Shown here in pieces: positions 25,900 to 38,210 of a stretch of 64,000 nucleotides of DNA. Below the pieces are notes generated by a model. The model saw only the letters and a program-made list of their open reading frames with translations. It did no database searches and was not told where the DNA came from. This DNA is from the human T2T-CHM13v2.0 reference genome, Homo sapiens. The stretch spans positions 3,360,001-3,424,000 of the forward strand of contig CP086569.2 of NCBI GenBank assembly GCA_009914755.4. Direction: 5' to 3'. A program made the position numbers and the translations under genes. The first letter of the stretch is position 1. Each line of letters opens with the position of its first letter.

Positions 25900-28800
25900 C
25901 CCTCTAGTAAAGTGTTTCTCAACCAGAAATTGGCACTTTGAATAGAACAAGTTTCCACTGTACATGACTGACCCATACATCATGCCATATTTAGTATTCT
26001 ACATACAGTGAATAGTGGTGGCATTCTAGAGTAATGGCAAAAAGCATCTCAAGTTTAAGGATATTTGGTGGGGACTTAAGAAAAGTAATTTAATCTTAAA
26101 AAATCACATTTGCCTAGCATTTTACATTTTGAAGCACTTTAGAGGGATTTTTCTTATTAAGTGACACATAAACGTTTTGTTAGAGGTAGAACAAATATTA
26201 TTGTTCTTTTTTCACAAAAATGACCTAGTTAAGTTCTGACAGCTAGTTAGTGACAGAACAAGGACTTAATCAAAGTTATTTCATCCCCATTATTTTGTTT
26301 TTTTGTTCAGAAAATGTCCTTCTAGTCTAAACATATACATAAGGAAGAGAGTAAATTGCCACAAAAACATAACATTACAAAAACTATGAAGCAATTTTAG
26401 AATTCCTGAGTGGGAGTAGAAAGGAAATTACAATGTAGTAAATTTCATTGTATTCTGCATTTATGAGATTTTGGAATGTTTCCAAAATCTATATTATTCT
26501 GGCAACATCCTTAACAACTTGGAATCAATGGTAAATTATGTAAATATGATTGAATCATCAGTAAATTGCAACTTGATCAGATATAGCTGTGTGGTAATAT
26601 GAGTATAACTGTTAACTACCCTGACTATATTTTATTATATACCCAAGAGCCAAGATTCTCACATATGTTGCATTTTTTCAATCATTTTGTTAGAGGATTG
26701 ATATTAAATCATACCTCTTCCCTTTTTTTTTCTTTTTTTTAAAGGAAGTCTACCTATGTGGCATAATGAGACCTACTCACTCATTCAGCTCAATGTTCTA
26801 CTGACATCTGAATAATAGTATGCCTTCTCTGTTACATTTATTAACTAAAATTGGGAGCTATATCTGAAAATTATTTTTGTATGCAGTGCTCACACACCAT
26901 CTGACACTGAGTTATTGACTTCAAAATAATGGATTTTGGGGGCAAGAGTAGAGGAAGTATTTGTGAACTGACTTAATGCTACTTGGTTATGTATAGGTTC
27001 TTTCTGGTAGTTAAAATTAGCCACTAAATATTTCAATTGGAGGGGATTATTACATTAACAAATCTTAGATCAGACTTTTACAAACATGACAACTACAAAC
27101 AGGGGCATTTATTAACAAACTATTTTTAGTTATATAAAAGAAACAATTCCCACAATCTGTTTTTTACTTGGAAAATTTTCAATTACACTGGATTTTAAGT
27201 ACTCTTACTATTATTTGTTGTAAGAGGTTATTTTGAGACAAATGCCAAGATTTTTTAGAATGAATTCTATTAACCATATCGATATCAACCAACTATGGCA
27301 GCAGTTCACAGCTGGCCGTAGAAATAGCCACTTAGGCTACAGTGTCATTCCTAAGGATGTAATACTTAGGGATTTTTATGTCTTGTTCCATGCAAAAGTA
27401 AGGCATGTCTTAAAATATTTTAGCTGAACATCTTATCATGAATAACTTTAATTTCACAAATAAGAGAACATTTATTATGCTACTATCACATATTACCATT
27501 TATTATTGTACATCAAAAAATTTATATTTGACATCCATCATGCTAATGAGCAAAGCATCATTACTGATTGAGATGTATGGAGACATCAATATCAGAAGGC
27601 ATGCTTATAGTCATTTCCAGTGTATGTTTCTTTTTCATGTAATGTTTGTGGAGCACTGCTCAACTGGACATACTTGATTAATATATTAGCTGAGCACTCT
27701 GAATTGTGCTTTCTTAATGTTGGCTTTACCAAAACAATATATACACAAAGTATCACACTTTATGTACCAATATATTTTTTTAACCTTACAGGGTTTGTAA
27801 CAAGTGTCAAAACTATTTTAAATTGAAGGCCATTCCACTTGTGCTACATTTCAGAAGATATTTAGAGAACATATCTCCCCACAGAAGCCCAGAAAGGTTG
27901 AATTTTTTTATATAATAGCAACAGTTATTCATAGAAAAGTAAAGAAGCAGAATCTGGGACTGCACAGATTTATACAAAAGCAAATAAGAAAATAAGTATC
28001 TATAGAAATATGAATACAATTGATAAAATATATTGCTGCATACCTAGATAATAAAGACTCTTACAAATTTTATATCAGAGCTTATGAAAGAACCTGTAAC
28101 TATGTGGACCAGTATGAAAAATAGATAAAAATAGTTATGCAGAAGCAAATGTGAAGGAACACAAAGTTTACTGAACAAGATAGCATAGAATAGAGGACAG
28201 TCACTAATCAAAACAACCTAAAATGTTCACTAATATCAAATGAGGAGAGATTTATATCTAATATCAGAATCTCACAATGGTAATCTATATATTATTTGAC
28301 ACTATGTGTGTTATATATATATATTTAATATGTATATAAGAACATGTATGCAGACAACTATAATTTAGTAAACTTGAAAATCCATTTCATAGGTAATTTA
28401 ATTATTATTCTAATTTTAGTATTTATAAATACTAGTATGTGTAAATGCCATTTTCCTCATCAATCCTATTCTTAATGACTCTCCAGTTATTTGTACGTTG
28501 CTACCTTCATTTCCTAAAACCAATGACAAAAGAATCATTTGAGAATCATTTGAGAATCAATAGCCCTTCTTCTAAATATCAATGGTGATGATGTTATCTT
28601 TCCATAGGTCCATGAGGATGTTGATGATAAGCACTTCTCTGATGATATTGAGTATCCCTCTACATATTCCATAAAAATGCCAGGTAAACTAGTTGGCCTC
28701 CTTCTACATGATTTTCTCGGACAGGCAGAATCTCCTTGGTACCCGCACCATCAACTTGAGTATAGTTGCCAAGTACCCTGACAAGCTGGTTGGTACCAGC

Positions 28801-31800
28801 TTCTCATCTCTTTCCCATCATCTGTAATTTCCTCTTTCCATTACTGTCAGGTGGATTCTCTTAAGTGTCCAGGGTTACAACTGTCATTCCCATTCATCAT
28901 AAACCTGAACATAAGAAGCTAAGCATATTAATTTGATCCTTATGTATGCTATTTTATTTCTCTTCCTTCTGACCCACCCCCCTCATTATTTTGCTGAAGC
29001 TTCTTAATAACCCCAGCCATGCTAGACCTTCTCTCTAATCTTTCCTTATATGCTGTATAATGATGGTGTCATATCCTAAAAGCTGCTAGGAGGAAACATG
29101 AATAGGCTTTAAGTAGTGATATCTGAACTTAGTAAACCACAATAACATTAGTAGCCACCAATTTTTTCCCTGAAGGCATAAAATAGAAAAGCAAGTTTCA
29201 TTAAATAAAATTTGAGCAAGTGACACTTTGAAAATAACTGAGGTTAATTAGATCTATTTATTTGGTGATACTGAGCAGCTTATAAAGGAAATCAGAAATG
29301 CATTAGCAAGTCAATAGACATTATGATTATTTTAGAGATTTAAAGATCAGAGTCTTGGCCAGTTTTAAGGTCTTAATATATCAGCTGTACATTATGTGTT
29401 TTGCATTATATTCTTTCCTTACTTTGCTCTATTTTAAATTGATTTTCTATTAAAGAAAATTATCTCTTATAGATAATTAAAGGAAGTAATAGCAAAACCC
29501 ATAACTCACCAAATAAAAGTGACACATGAAAATATTAGCATCATGAATTGATTTAAGGGAATAAAAAATTAACGATGCAGTTGAAGTCACTTAATTATCT
29601 TTCTTCAAGCCACTCCCATCCTTCTTATACTACCAGAGAAAACCATCACCACACAATTGGTATAAATTTTTTATATCGACCTTTTTATACTTTAATCATA
29701 TATGCGTATGACCCACATGAATTTCTGTAAGATTGAACAGAACCAAATCAAAAATAGCCCTTTGTATTTAACCTCTAGAAATTCACTAAAACCAGAAGTT
29801 AATATGGACTATTTTTTTGTGGATTGTACATCTTATATAAATTATCAAGCAATTCTTTTTAATGTTTTTAGGCTATCCACACTGATACATACAGATTTAT
29901 GTTTACATCTTGATTTTACCGTATTTTATAAATGTACTTACATTTTTCATTCATGTTGATGTTAACTTAGAATATTTCCCAATTTTTGCTATTACAAATG
30001 ATGCTACAGTGAAGATTCCTATTCATCTCTCTTTATACATTAATAAATAATTATTTTTATAATATACAATCAGAAATGCTAATGCCAAGTTATAATCCAA
30101 AATGGATGCAACACATTTCTAGTCCTATTAAAAGAATATAAAAGTCTCTGCCTCCCCCATATCCTTGCCCACAACCGGTATTGCCAAATTTTTTACTTTG
30201 GATTACATTTCCCTAATTACTTGTAAGGAAGTGGGGACTCAATTCCTCCTCTTCACTTTTTGAAAAAGGTTGTAAATGAGTCATGTTCTCTTAGGACTCC
30301 TTGTTTGTAGCTATAATTTTTGAGAGTATGATAAGTCTTGAATGTGTAGGAGAAGAATTTAGTGGAATAACTTTTCCAAATGGTAGAAGAAAGAAAGCTT
30401 CCAAGCAGATTGATATGTTCTTTGATTAAAGGCCCTGATTAATGAGACTGATGATTTTTGAGGGGTAGATATATGAACATAGGAGTCACTCCTTTCTAAA
30501 ATGGTAGAGTAACTTCTACTTATCAAATTAATGCAGAGGAATTTCTTTAAATTTGAGAGAATCTCAAAGAGAGCAGAGTTCTATAAGTTTGAACTTCAAA
30601 TATCCAAAATAATAATGTCTTTTTTCCTAAAAACATAACTAAAAGGCAGTATTTAATTCATTCATAAGTTTTGTGCGGTAATAGTTAGCAGATACAAGTT
30701 TATAAGAATTTAGGCCATTAGTATAGACCTTATCAGGAATAATAATTATCATCATAACTTACGCATCCAGTGTCTGTAAAATTTCAGGTAGTTTATTCAT
30801 TTATTCCTCACAGCAACACTAGGACTTAGGTCCTATTATTATCTCTGATTTTATAGATGAAGAAATTGAGACAGTTTTCCTGTGTAGGCAACAGAGTTAG
30901 TTTGTAACACAGCTGGAATTTAAGCCCAAGCAGTTAGATTGCAAAGTTCTTGTTCCTAAACCCCTTGCTGCACTGTCAGCCCCTTCAAGGAGCTTCTTTC
31001 ATGATATCTTTGTTTCTTATGCTTATTCTTTTTCAAGATAGTTTGATACATTCATGGAGAATATATTCAGGCATTTTTAAGTCTATCATGTTGGCAAAGG
31101 TGATATTAATGACACAAAAATCTAATATTGATTCCAAAAGGATATCAAATAGAATGGATAGAGAGATATGGTGCATACACAATTCAATACAAATCAGCCT
31201 TTTTTAAAAATGAAAATACTGCAATGTGCAAAAACATGGATATACCTTGAGGATAATAAGCTAAATTTAATAAGCCAGTCACAGAAATAAAAATATGGAA
31301 TGATTCAATTTGTATGAGGTTTCTAAAATATTCAAAGCAAAGAGTGAAATGTTGCCAAGGACTGGGGGAAGGGGGAAATGGGAAGGTACATAATTATGAA
31401 CAGGCAAAAAGTGTTAGTTAAGCAAGATTTATAAGCTCTAGAGATCTGGTATACAAGATTGTACCTAGAGTTGATACTAATGCATTATACACTTCAAAAA
31501 TTGCTAAGACGCTGGATCTAATGTTAAATATTCTAACCACAGTCACATCAAATAAAAAAGGTTAGCATAAAAGAGACCTACTGAGGAAATGAACAGCATA
31601 GCCTAGTGGAGAGAAAAGGGAAAATTCCAGTTATTGAAATTACATATTCTTTTTTTTGTAAACACTGAAATCATTTAATTTGTGGGATAAGGTGGAAGGT
31701 GCTTAATCACACTCTAAAATTTTATGTATGGCTGAAATGTTTTCCCCATTCTCATCACTGTTGTCAAGAAAAATTTATAAAATTGTTTCATAATTCCCAA

Positions 31801-32202
31801 AATTTTATTATGCACACTTTCAAACTGAAATTGTTACCTTTGAAATCTCTATTAAAATATGACACAATTCCTCTGAGGAAACTCTTATGGATCTGGAATA
31901 TAATTAAATTTGTATGCTCCTAACTGGATTCAATTCATTAAACTTATACTTTTTTCAGTACCCCCAACTCATGCAATGCTACTTAGGTGAAGCGAATTTT
32001 TATCCTACTGGCTAACACATTAAGGATACTACACATACTTCTGTATGCAAGTTCACAAAAACAAAATAAGGATGCTGTGTTTAACAGTTCAAAATCAGTC
32101 TCTCAACATACACACAAAAGTAGATAATCTCTTCTGTATTGTCTCCTAATATACAATTCTGTCTATACAACTTTCCTTTCATTTTCCAGCCCTCTTTTTA
32201 TT

Positions 32203-32227
32203 ACACACACACACACACACACACACA
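32203..32227. repeat. (AC)n microsatellite, ~12 units
   Basis: The run ttacacacacacacacacacacacacacaaaac is seen directly. Confidence 0.95.
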
Positions 32228-33906
32228 AAACATCCGCACTATCTCTCTGCGGTCATTCTTCTGACAAATTCATCAAAACTCTAGTAAAGTTTTGTTTCTA
32301 ATATCAGTGTCTGGGAAAACTAGGTTAGCATTACCTTTTTGAGGAATTAATGGTGAGATGTTTTATTTTTTCGGTCAATCAGTAGGCACTTAATGAGTCC
32401 TACTTTGTGACAGGAACTGTGCTATGTGCTGAAGATGCAAATATAAATAAGATATGATTCCTGCCTTCAGATAACTTATGACTTGAGAAGTTTTTCCAGA
32501 AATATTAATAGTCAAATCACTTATTTTGTCTATAATGTAGAACGTAAATATTTATAAATATCCCAAAATGATCAGTGACTCTTCCATGAATTCACACATT
32601 TTCAATTGTAAAACTTCAACTGATCTATTGAGTAGTTTATTAAAAAAACCTCCTCAAATTCTATATCTTATATGATAACTAGTATCATCCTATCTGAAAG
32701 AAAATTTAAAGGTACTTTACATTTGATCTAGAGTTCCAAAACATCTTGAATTTATAGATTTAAATTAGTCAGTGATAATGAAAACACAAAATAATAGATC
32801 ATACGGGTCACAAATTATGACATAGCTGTACCATATGTTGTAATATGTTTTTTATGAAACTTAATTGCCTAATATTTAATAAGAAATTACTTCATCTTAG
32901 CATTTTTGAAACTGTCCTACGATGTAACCAAAATTCATGGATTTGGTATTAAGTGGTATATTGAACTTTATAACTTACTTACATTTAGATTTTTAAAGTG
33001 GCTGAATTCTTACTATTCACCAACAACTGCACTAGGCACTTTGATAAATATTACCACCTCTAAAACTATTAATCATCTTCTAAGTTAGGGAGAATATTTT
33101 ATATGTGATTCAATTGAAGCTGAGAGAAAGGTAAATTCATTTGCACAATTTCACAGTGCTTGCAAATGGTAATATGCAGTTTCAAACTTAAGCATGCTCT
33201 TCTTTATCTACATCAAATGTGCTATATCTGCAGTCATTTTTAGCAGGCTAAATGGTTTAACTTCCATAATGCCTCCAGTTTGTAGTAGTCAAATCATTTC
33301 CTGGGTAGAGGTACAATTTATGCTACACTGCAGAAATAGTTCAGAAATATTTTATGGCAAAATTCTAAAGATATATTCAATGCTTGGGGTGGTACAGAAA
33401 GGAGTGATTTTAGCTAAAATAAAATGCATTTTTTTCGTGGAAGGAAGAATCCACAAAAATTGACCTGCTTAAAAGCTTTGTAAGTTTGTATGTTTGTACA
33501 TGGAGTTTTTAAAATGTGAAATGGAACAGCATGTGACCTTCTAAAGGTAATAACTAATGCCAAAATTCAATAGATTTATTATTCATACTAAAAGTGTTTT
33601 AATGATAATAAACCAGTTACAATGTCATCAGCAAGCAAAATTATTTTCTCCTTTAGTCAGTCATCTTTTATAAATTTGTACCTATAATTATTTTGTCATA
33701 CATTGTCAACTACTTTTGATACCTCAAATATAAATGGAACTATTCTGTAAATAAATGTACAATAGACTATGATTATTCTTTTCATGATTTTTAAAAAATC
33801 ACTCTTATTACCTTAACAATAGTTTCATTAAAAAATAGAATAAGACCTACTATTTGATAGCACAATAGGGTAACTATAGTGAATAATAGCTTAATTGTAC
33901 ATTTTA

Positions 33907-34222
33907 TTTTTATTTCTTTTTATTTTATTTTTTTCTTTTGAGACAGAGTCTTGGTCTGTTGCCCAGGCCGGAGTGCAGTGGTGCAATCTCGGCTCACTGC
34001 AACCTCGGCCTCCTGGGTTCAAGCCATTCTCCCTGCCTCAGCCTCCCGAGTAGCTGGGATTACAGGCACCCACCACAATGCCCAGCTAATTTTTGTATCT
34101 TTAGTAAAGATGGGGTTTTGCCATGATGGCCAAGCTAGTCTTGAACTCCTGACCTCAGGTGATCTGCAGGCCTTGGCCTCCCAAAGTTCTGGCATTACAG
34201 GCATGAGCCACAGTGCCGGGCC
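33907..34222 (-). mobile_element. Alu (AluS-class) in minus orientation with a perfect 14-bp TSD aattgtacatttta
   Basis: A T-rich tail is followed by gagacagagtcttggtctgttgcccaggccggagtgcagtggtgcaatctcggctcactgcaacctc...ggcatgagccacagtgccgggcc. aattgtacatttta is at 33893-33906 and again at 34223-34236. Confidence 0.95.
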
Positions 34223-34236
34223 AATTGTACATTTTA

Positions 34237-34418
34237 AATAAGATTATAATTGCATTGTTTGTAACTCAAAGAATACATGCTTGAGGAGTTGGATATCCCA
34301 TTCTCAATGATGTGATTATTTCACATTGCATGCCTGTATCAAAACATCTCCTGTACCCCATAAATATATGTACCTACTATGTACCCACAAAAAAGTTTAA
34401 AAATTAAAAGAAAAAAAG
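34237..34418 (+). mobile_element. Severely 5'-truncated L1 3'-end fragment (L1MA/L1PB-type 3'UTR) with an A-rich tail
   Basis: ..gatgtgattatttcacattgcatgcctgtatcaaaacatctcctgtaccccataaatatatgtacctactatgtacccacaaaaaagtttaaaaattaaaagaaaaaaag resembles L1MA/PB 3'UTR ends (..tttcacaatgtatacgtatatcaaaacatcacgttgtacaccttaaatatatacaattt..). It is ~78% identical to the copy at 41895-42072. Confidence 0.5.
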
Positions 34419-35539
34419 TTGGCACGTGTTAATATTGTATTCTTTCAAGCACCTTTGAATGTGATCAATGTTAGTAAGATTGTTGTAACATTTCCCTTGC
34501 GATCATAATGAGTAATTCGAGCTGTTTATAGAATCAGTCTTTCTGTGCATCTCGATAGTTAAGAATAGTACCATATAAAAATTTCTTTGTACTATTATAT
34601 TAACGATGCTTTAATATGCAGATTAACAGCACAATATACAATCAATTCAAATTTGGAGCCAAAATATGTATTATGTTTTTAAAAAGGAAAAACATGCATT
34701 TCTCAAAATTTCAGGCTAAATATTAATGAGGTAGGAGTCATTAAAATAATGAGCAACTGAAATGCATCGAAAATGCTATGAAATGCAAAAGATCCAATAA
34801 ACGATTCCATTTTATTTTCATTACTAGTAAAAGACTTCTGATTTAAATTCACCTATCTTCAAGACAACATTTAGACTTGGAAACTTACACTGTCAAAGCT
34901 GAAAGCGTTTCTCTTCTCTGTATAACAGTCCACATAATAGTTTAGTGTTCAAGGAAAATGTCAGGGGTGTTCAATCTTGTGCCTTCCCTGAATGACATTG
35001 GAAGAAGAATAATTGTCTTCGGCCACACATAAAATACACAAATATTAACAATAGCTGATGAGTTTTTTAAAATTACAAAAGAATTTCATAATCTTTTAAG
35101 AAAGTTTACTAGTTTGTGTTGGGCTGCTTTCAAAGCCGTCCTGGTCCGCATGCGGCCCGCAGGTGGCAGATTGGGCAAGCTTGATTTAGACCATTCCCAG
35201 TTACAGAACACTCAGAAAACTCACTGCAATATTCATGCCAAAACCAGAAGATGCCTGTATTAATAGAAGCTGGGAAGACTCTGCTTCTCTGACAATTTGA
35301 CAACTGATATTTAAAAGTGTTTAAACATAAGGAAAATTTTCAGATTCATTTTCAAAAATGTTTTAATTACGGGTAGTATAAGAGCTGAGATTTTCTCTTA
35401 CAGCAAAAACAACAAAATGTTTTTATCAACTAGAAGGGTGCGATAATGGAACTACTTTTCATAATTTAAGCTGCTTTTTCTTATAAAATGCCAGAAGAGC
35501 TTTGTCTCTGTGATTTTAAATTGTATGAAATGTAATTTT

Positions 35540-36790
35540 TTTTAAGAGGTAGATAATACATCACCAATCTTAGTATATTTTTAATTAACTTGAAATTTAA
35601 AACTCCTCAAATTTTAAACTACTTTATTTAGGTATGATTGATATGTAAACAGCCATACATACTTAATGGATATAATTCAATGAAGTGGAGGATATGTATA
35701 ACCCCATGAAGTCATTACCGCTGTCAAGGCCATAGACATATTTGGCATTACTCCTAGTACTAAAAATCCTAGCCAGAACAACCTCTGAAAGTTTTCTCCT
35801 GCACCCTTTGTTATTTATTTCAGAGTAATAACATTTAGCGTAAATTTTAAGTATAATACAGTATTATTAACTATAGGTACTAAACCATAGATCTCTCGAA
35901 AAGATTTATCTTACATAACTGAAATTTTGTACCCTTTAGCAAACATTTCCCCATCTCCTCCTTCCTCCAGCACCTGGCAATCACCATTCTACTCTGTGCT
36001 TTTATGATCTTGACTATTTCGATTCCACATCTGAGATCATGCACTATTTGCCTTTTTGCATCTGGCCCATTTCACTTAGCATGTTTTCAAGGTTCATCTT
36101 CATTGCTACATATAGCAATATTTTTTTCAGACTAAGTGATAATTCCATTGAATGTATATACCACATTTTCTATATGCATTCATCCACCAATTGACATTTA
36201 TGTTGTTTTCATAACTTAGCTATTGTAAATAATGATGTAATAAACATGGGAATGCACATATCTATTCAAGATTCTAATTTAAATTATTTTGGATATATAC
36301 TCAGTAGTGGAATTGCTGTATCACATAGTAGTTTTAATTTTAATTTTATGAGGGAGCCCTATACTGTTTTCCATAATGTCTGTACCAATTAAATCTCTGC
36401 AAACAATTTACAAAAGCTTTCTTTTTTCCACATTCTCACCAATACTTTTTTTTTTTTTTTTTTTTTTTGAGACGGAGTCTCGCTCTGTCACCCAGGCAGT
36501 GGTGTGATCTCGGCTCACGGCAACCTCCGCCTCCTGGGTTCAAGGATTCTCCGGCCTCAGTCTCCCAAGTAGCTGGGATTACAGGCATGTGCCACCACGC
36601 CAAGCTATTTTTTTTTATTTTTAGTAGAGATGGGGCTGGCCAGGCTGACCTCGAACTCCTGACCTCAGGTGATCCACCTGCCTCGTCCTCCCAAAGTGCT
36701 GGGATTACAGGCATGAGCCACTGCACCCAGCCACCAACACTTACATTTTAAAAATCTTTTTCCCAACTTTCTTGATATGTAACTGACAAA
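35540..36790 (-). mobile_element. L1M-class 3' portion in minus orientation (3'UTR plus ORF2 C-terminus), interrupted by the Alu at 36446-36731
   Basis: The reverse complement of 35940-36110 translates to an L1M ORF2 C-terminus (..MLSE.SQTQKDKYCMIPLI..). 35560-35940 is a reversed L1M 3'UTR (..accccatgaagtcattaccgctgtcaaggccatagacatatttggc..) ending in a poly(T) tract at ~35537-35546. Confidence 0.7.
36446..36731 (-). mobile_element. Alu (AluS-class, with an internal deletion) in minus orientation, TSD ~caccaa(t/c)actt
   Basis: A poly(T)22 tract is followed by gagacggagtctcgctctgtcacccaggcagtggtgtgatctcggctcacggcaacctccgcctcctgggttcaagg...ggcatgagccactgcacccagcc. Confidence 0.95.
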
Positions 36791-37243
36791 TACAAATTAC
36801 ATATATTTAAAATGTAAAATGTAATCCTTTGATATATGCATACAATACAAAGTGATTACCAAAATTAACATATACATCATATTATATAGTTAGCATTTTT
36901 TGCAGTGAGAACACTGAACATCTACTTTTTAATTAATTTCAAATATACAATATATTTTCATTAACTGTAGTTTCTATGTTGTGTATTAGATCTTCAGAAT
37001 CACTCAACTTAAGATTTCAAACATTTTGACCAAAATGTTCTCATTTTTCTCACTCCTCAGCCCCTGGCAACCACCTTTCTGTCATGTTTCTATGAGTTCA
37101 ATTTCAAATTCCATATAAAAGTGAGATCATGCAGTGTTTGTCTTTTTGTGTTTGAGTTATCTCATTTAACATAACATCCTCTAGTTTCATCCATGGTTTG
37201 GCAAATCACAAGGTTTTTTCTTCTATAAGGCTGAATAATATTT

Positions 37244-37297
<54 letters not shown>

Positions 37298-37960
37298 TTT
37301 TCTTTATCCATTCATCCATTACCAAACACTTAGGTTGTTTCCCTATTTTAACTATTGTGAACAATGCTACAATAAACATAGGAGTGCAGATACCTTTTTC
37401 ACATACAGATTGCAATTTCCTTAAATATATATTTATTTTAAGTTTTTGAGGATCCTCTATACTGTTTTCCAAAATAACTGTACCAGTTTACAATCCCATC
37501 AGAATACAAGTTCTCACTTTTCTCTACATCCCTGCCAACACTTGTCACTATTTGACTGTTTGATACTAGATGTGAGGTTATATTCCATTGTAATTTTGAT
37601 TTTTCTAGCGATTAATGATGCTGCTTGATTGAGCACCTTTTCATATCCATACAATATACAATGACCTGTTGGCCATTTGTATGTTTTCTTTAGCTCACTG
37701 TCTACTCAGATTCTTTGCCTATTTTTTAATCAGCTGATTTTTTTTGCTATTTAATTATAGATGTTTCTCTTATATTTTGAATATCAATCCCTTGTCAGAT
37801 ATATGATTTGAAAATACTTTCTCCCATTTAGTTGCTTGACCTTTCATTTTGTTGAATGTTTCCTTTACTGTGCAAAATTTTTTTAGTTTGATGTAATACC
37901 ATTTGTTTATGTTTGCTTTTGTTGTCTGTGCTTTTGGAATTACATTCAATCATAAAAAGC
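36760..37960 (-). mobile_element. Second L1 3' portion in minus orientation (L1P/L1M class), containing a (TA)n microsatellite
   Basis: Reverse-complement translations give L1 ORF2 C-terminal peptides. The minus-strand track ORF 37206-37472 (..ICTPMFIVALFTIVKIGKQPKCLVMDEWIKKM..) is L1 ORF2. 36800-37040 is a reversed L1 3'UTR (..ggtggttgccaggggctgaggagtgagaaaaatgag.. on the other strand). Confidence 0.8.
37248..37295. repeat. (TA)n microsatellite, ~24 units, inside an L1
   Basis: An uninterrupted tatatata... run, seen directly. Confidence 0.95.
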
Positions 37961-37964
37961 TGAA

Positions 37965-38210
37965 AGCATTTTCTCTAAATCAGGAACAAAGCGAGGATGT
38001 CTATGCTCTCCAATTCAATTGAACATAGAACTAAAAGTCCTAGCCAGAAAAATTATATGAGAAATAGAAATAAAAGGTTTCCAAATTAAAACAGAAAAAG
38101 TTAAATTGCCCTGTTTTCAGATGACATAACTTTTACAGGTCAAGAAACATGAAGGAGGGAGAGAGGTGGCTCAGGATTACAAAAGAGAAGGCTTCGTTGA
38201 TCATCCTCCT
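37965..38210 (+). mobile_element. Short L1 ORF2 fragment in plus orientation, abutting the minus-strand L1 at 36760-37960
   Basis: ..ggaacaaagcgaggatgtctatgctctccaattcaattgaacatagaactaaaagtcctagccagaaaaattatatgagaaatagaaataaaaggtttccaaattaaaacagaaaaagttaaattgccctgttttcagatgacataac translates to ..[49 protein letters not shown]-like L1 ORF2, roughly residues 690-750. Confidence 0.7.

Noticed and set aside
28503-28560. Direct repeat gaatcatttgagaatcatttgagaatc
   Set aside because: It is a trivial 13-bp two-copy slippage duplication in AT-rich spacer with no further structure.
37248-37295. Regularly repeated short units (TA, GT, AAT) as a possible CRISPR-like array
   Set aside because: They are perfect mono-, di- or trinucleotide microsatellites without spacers, in a eukaryotic (human) genome.
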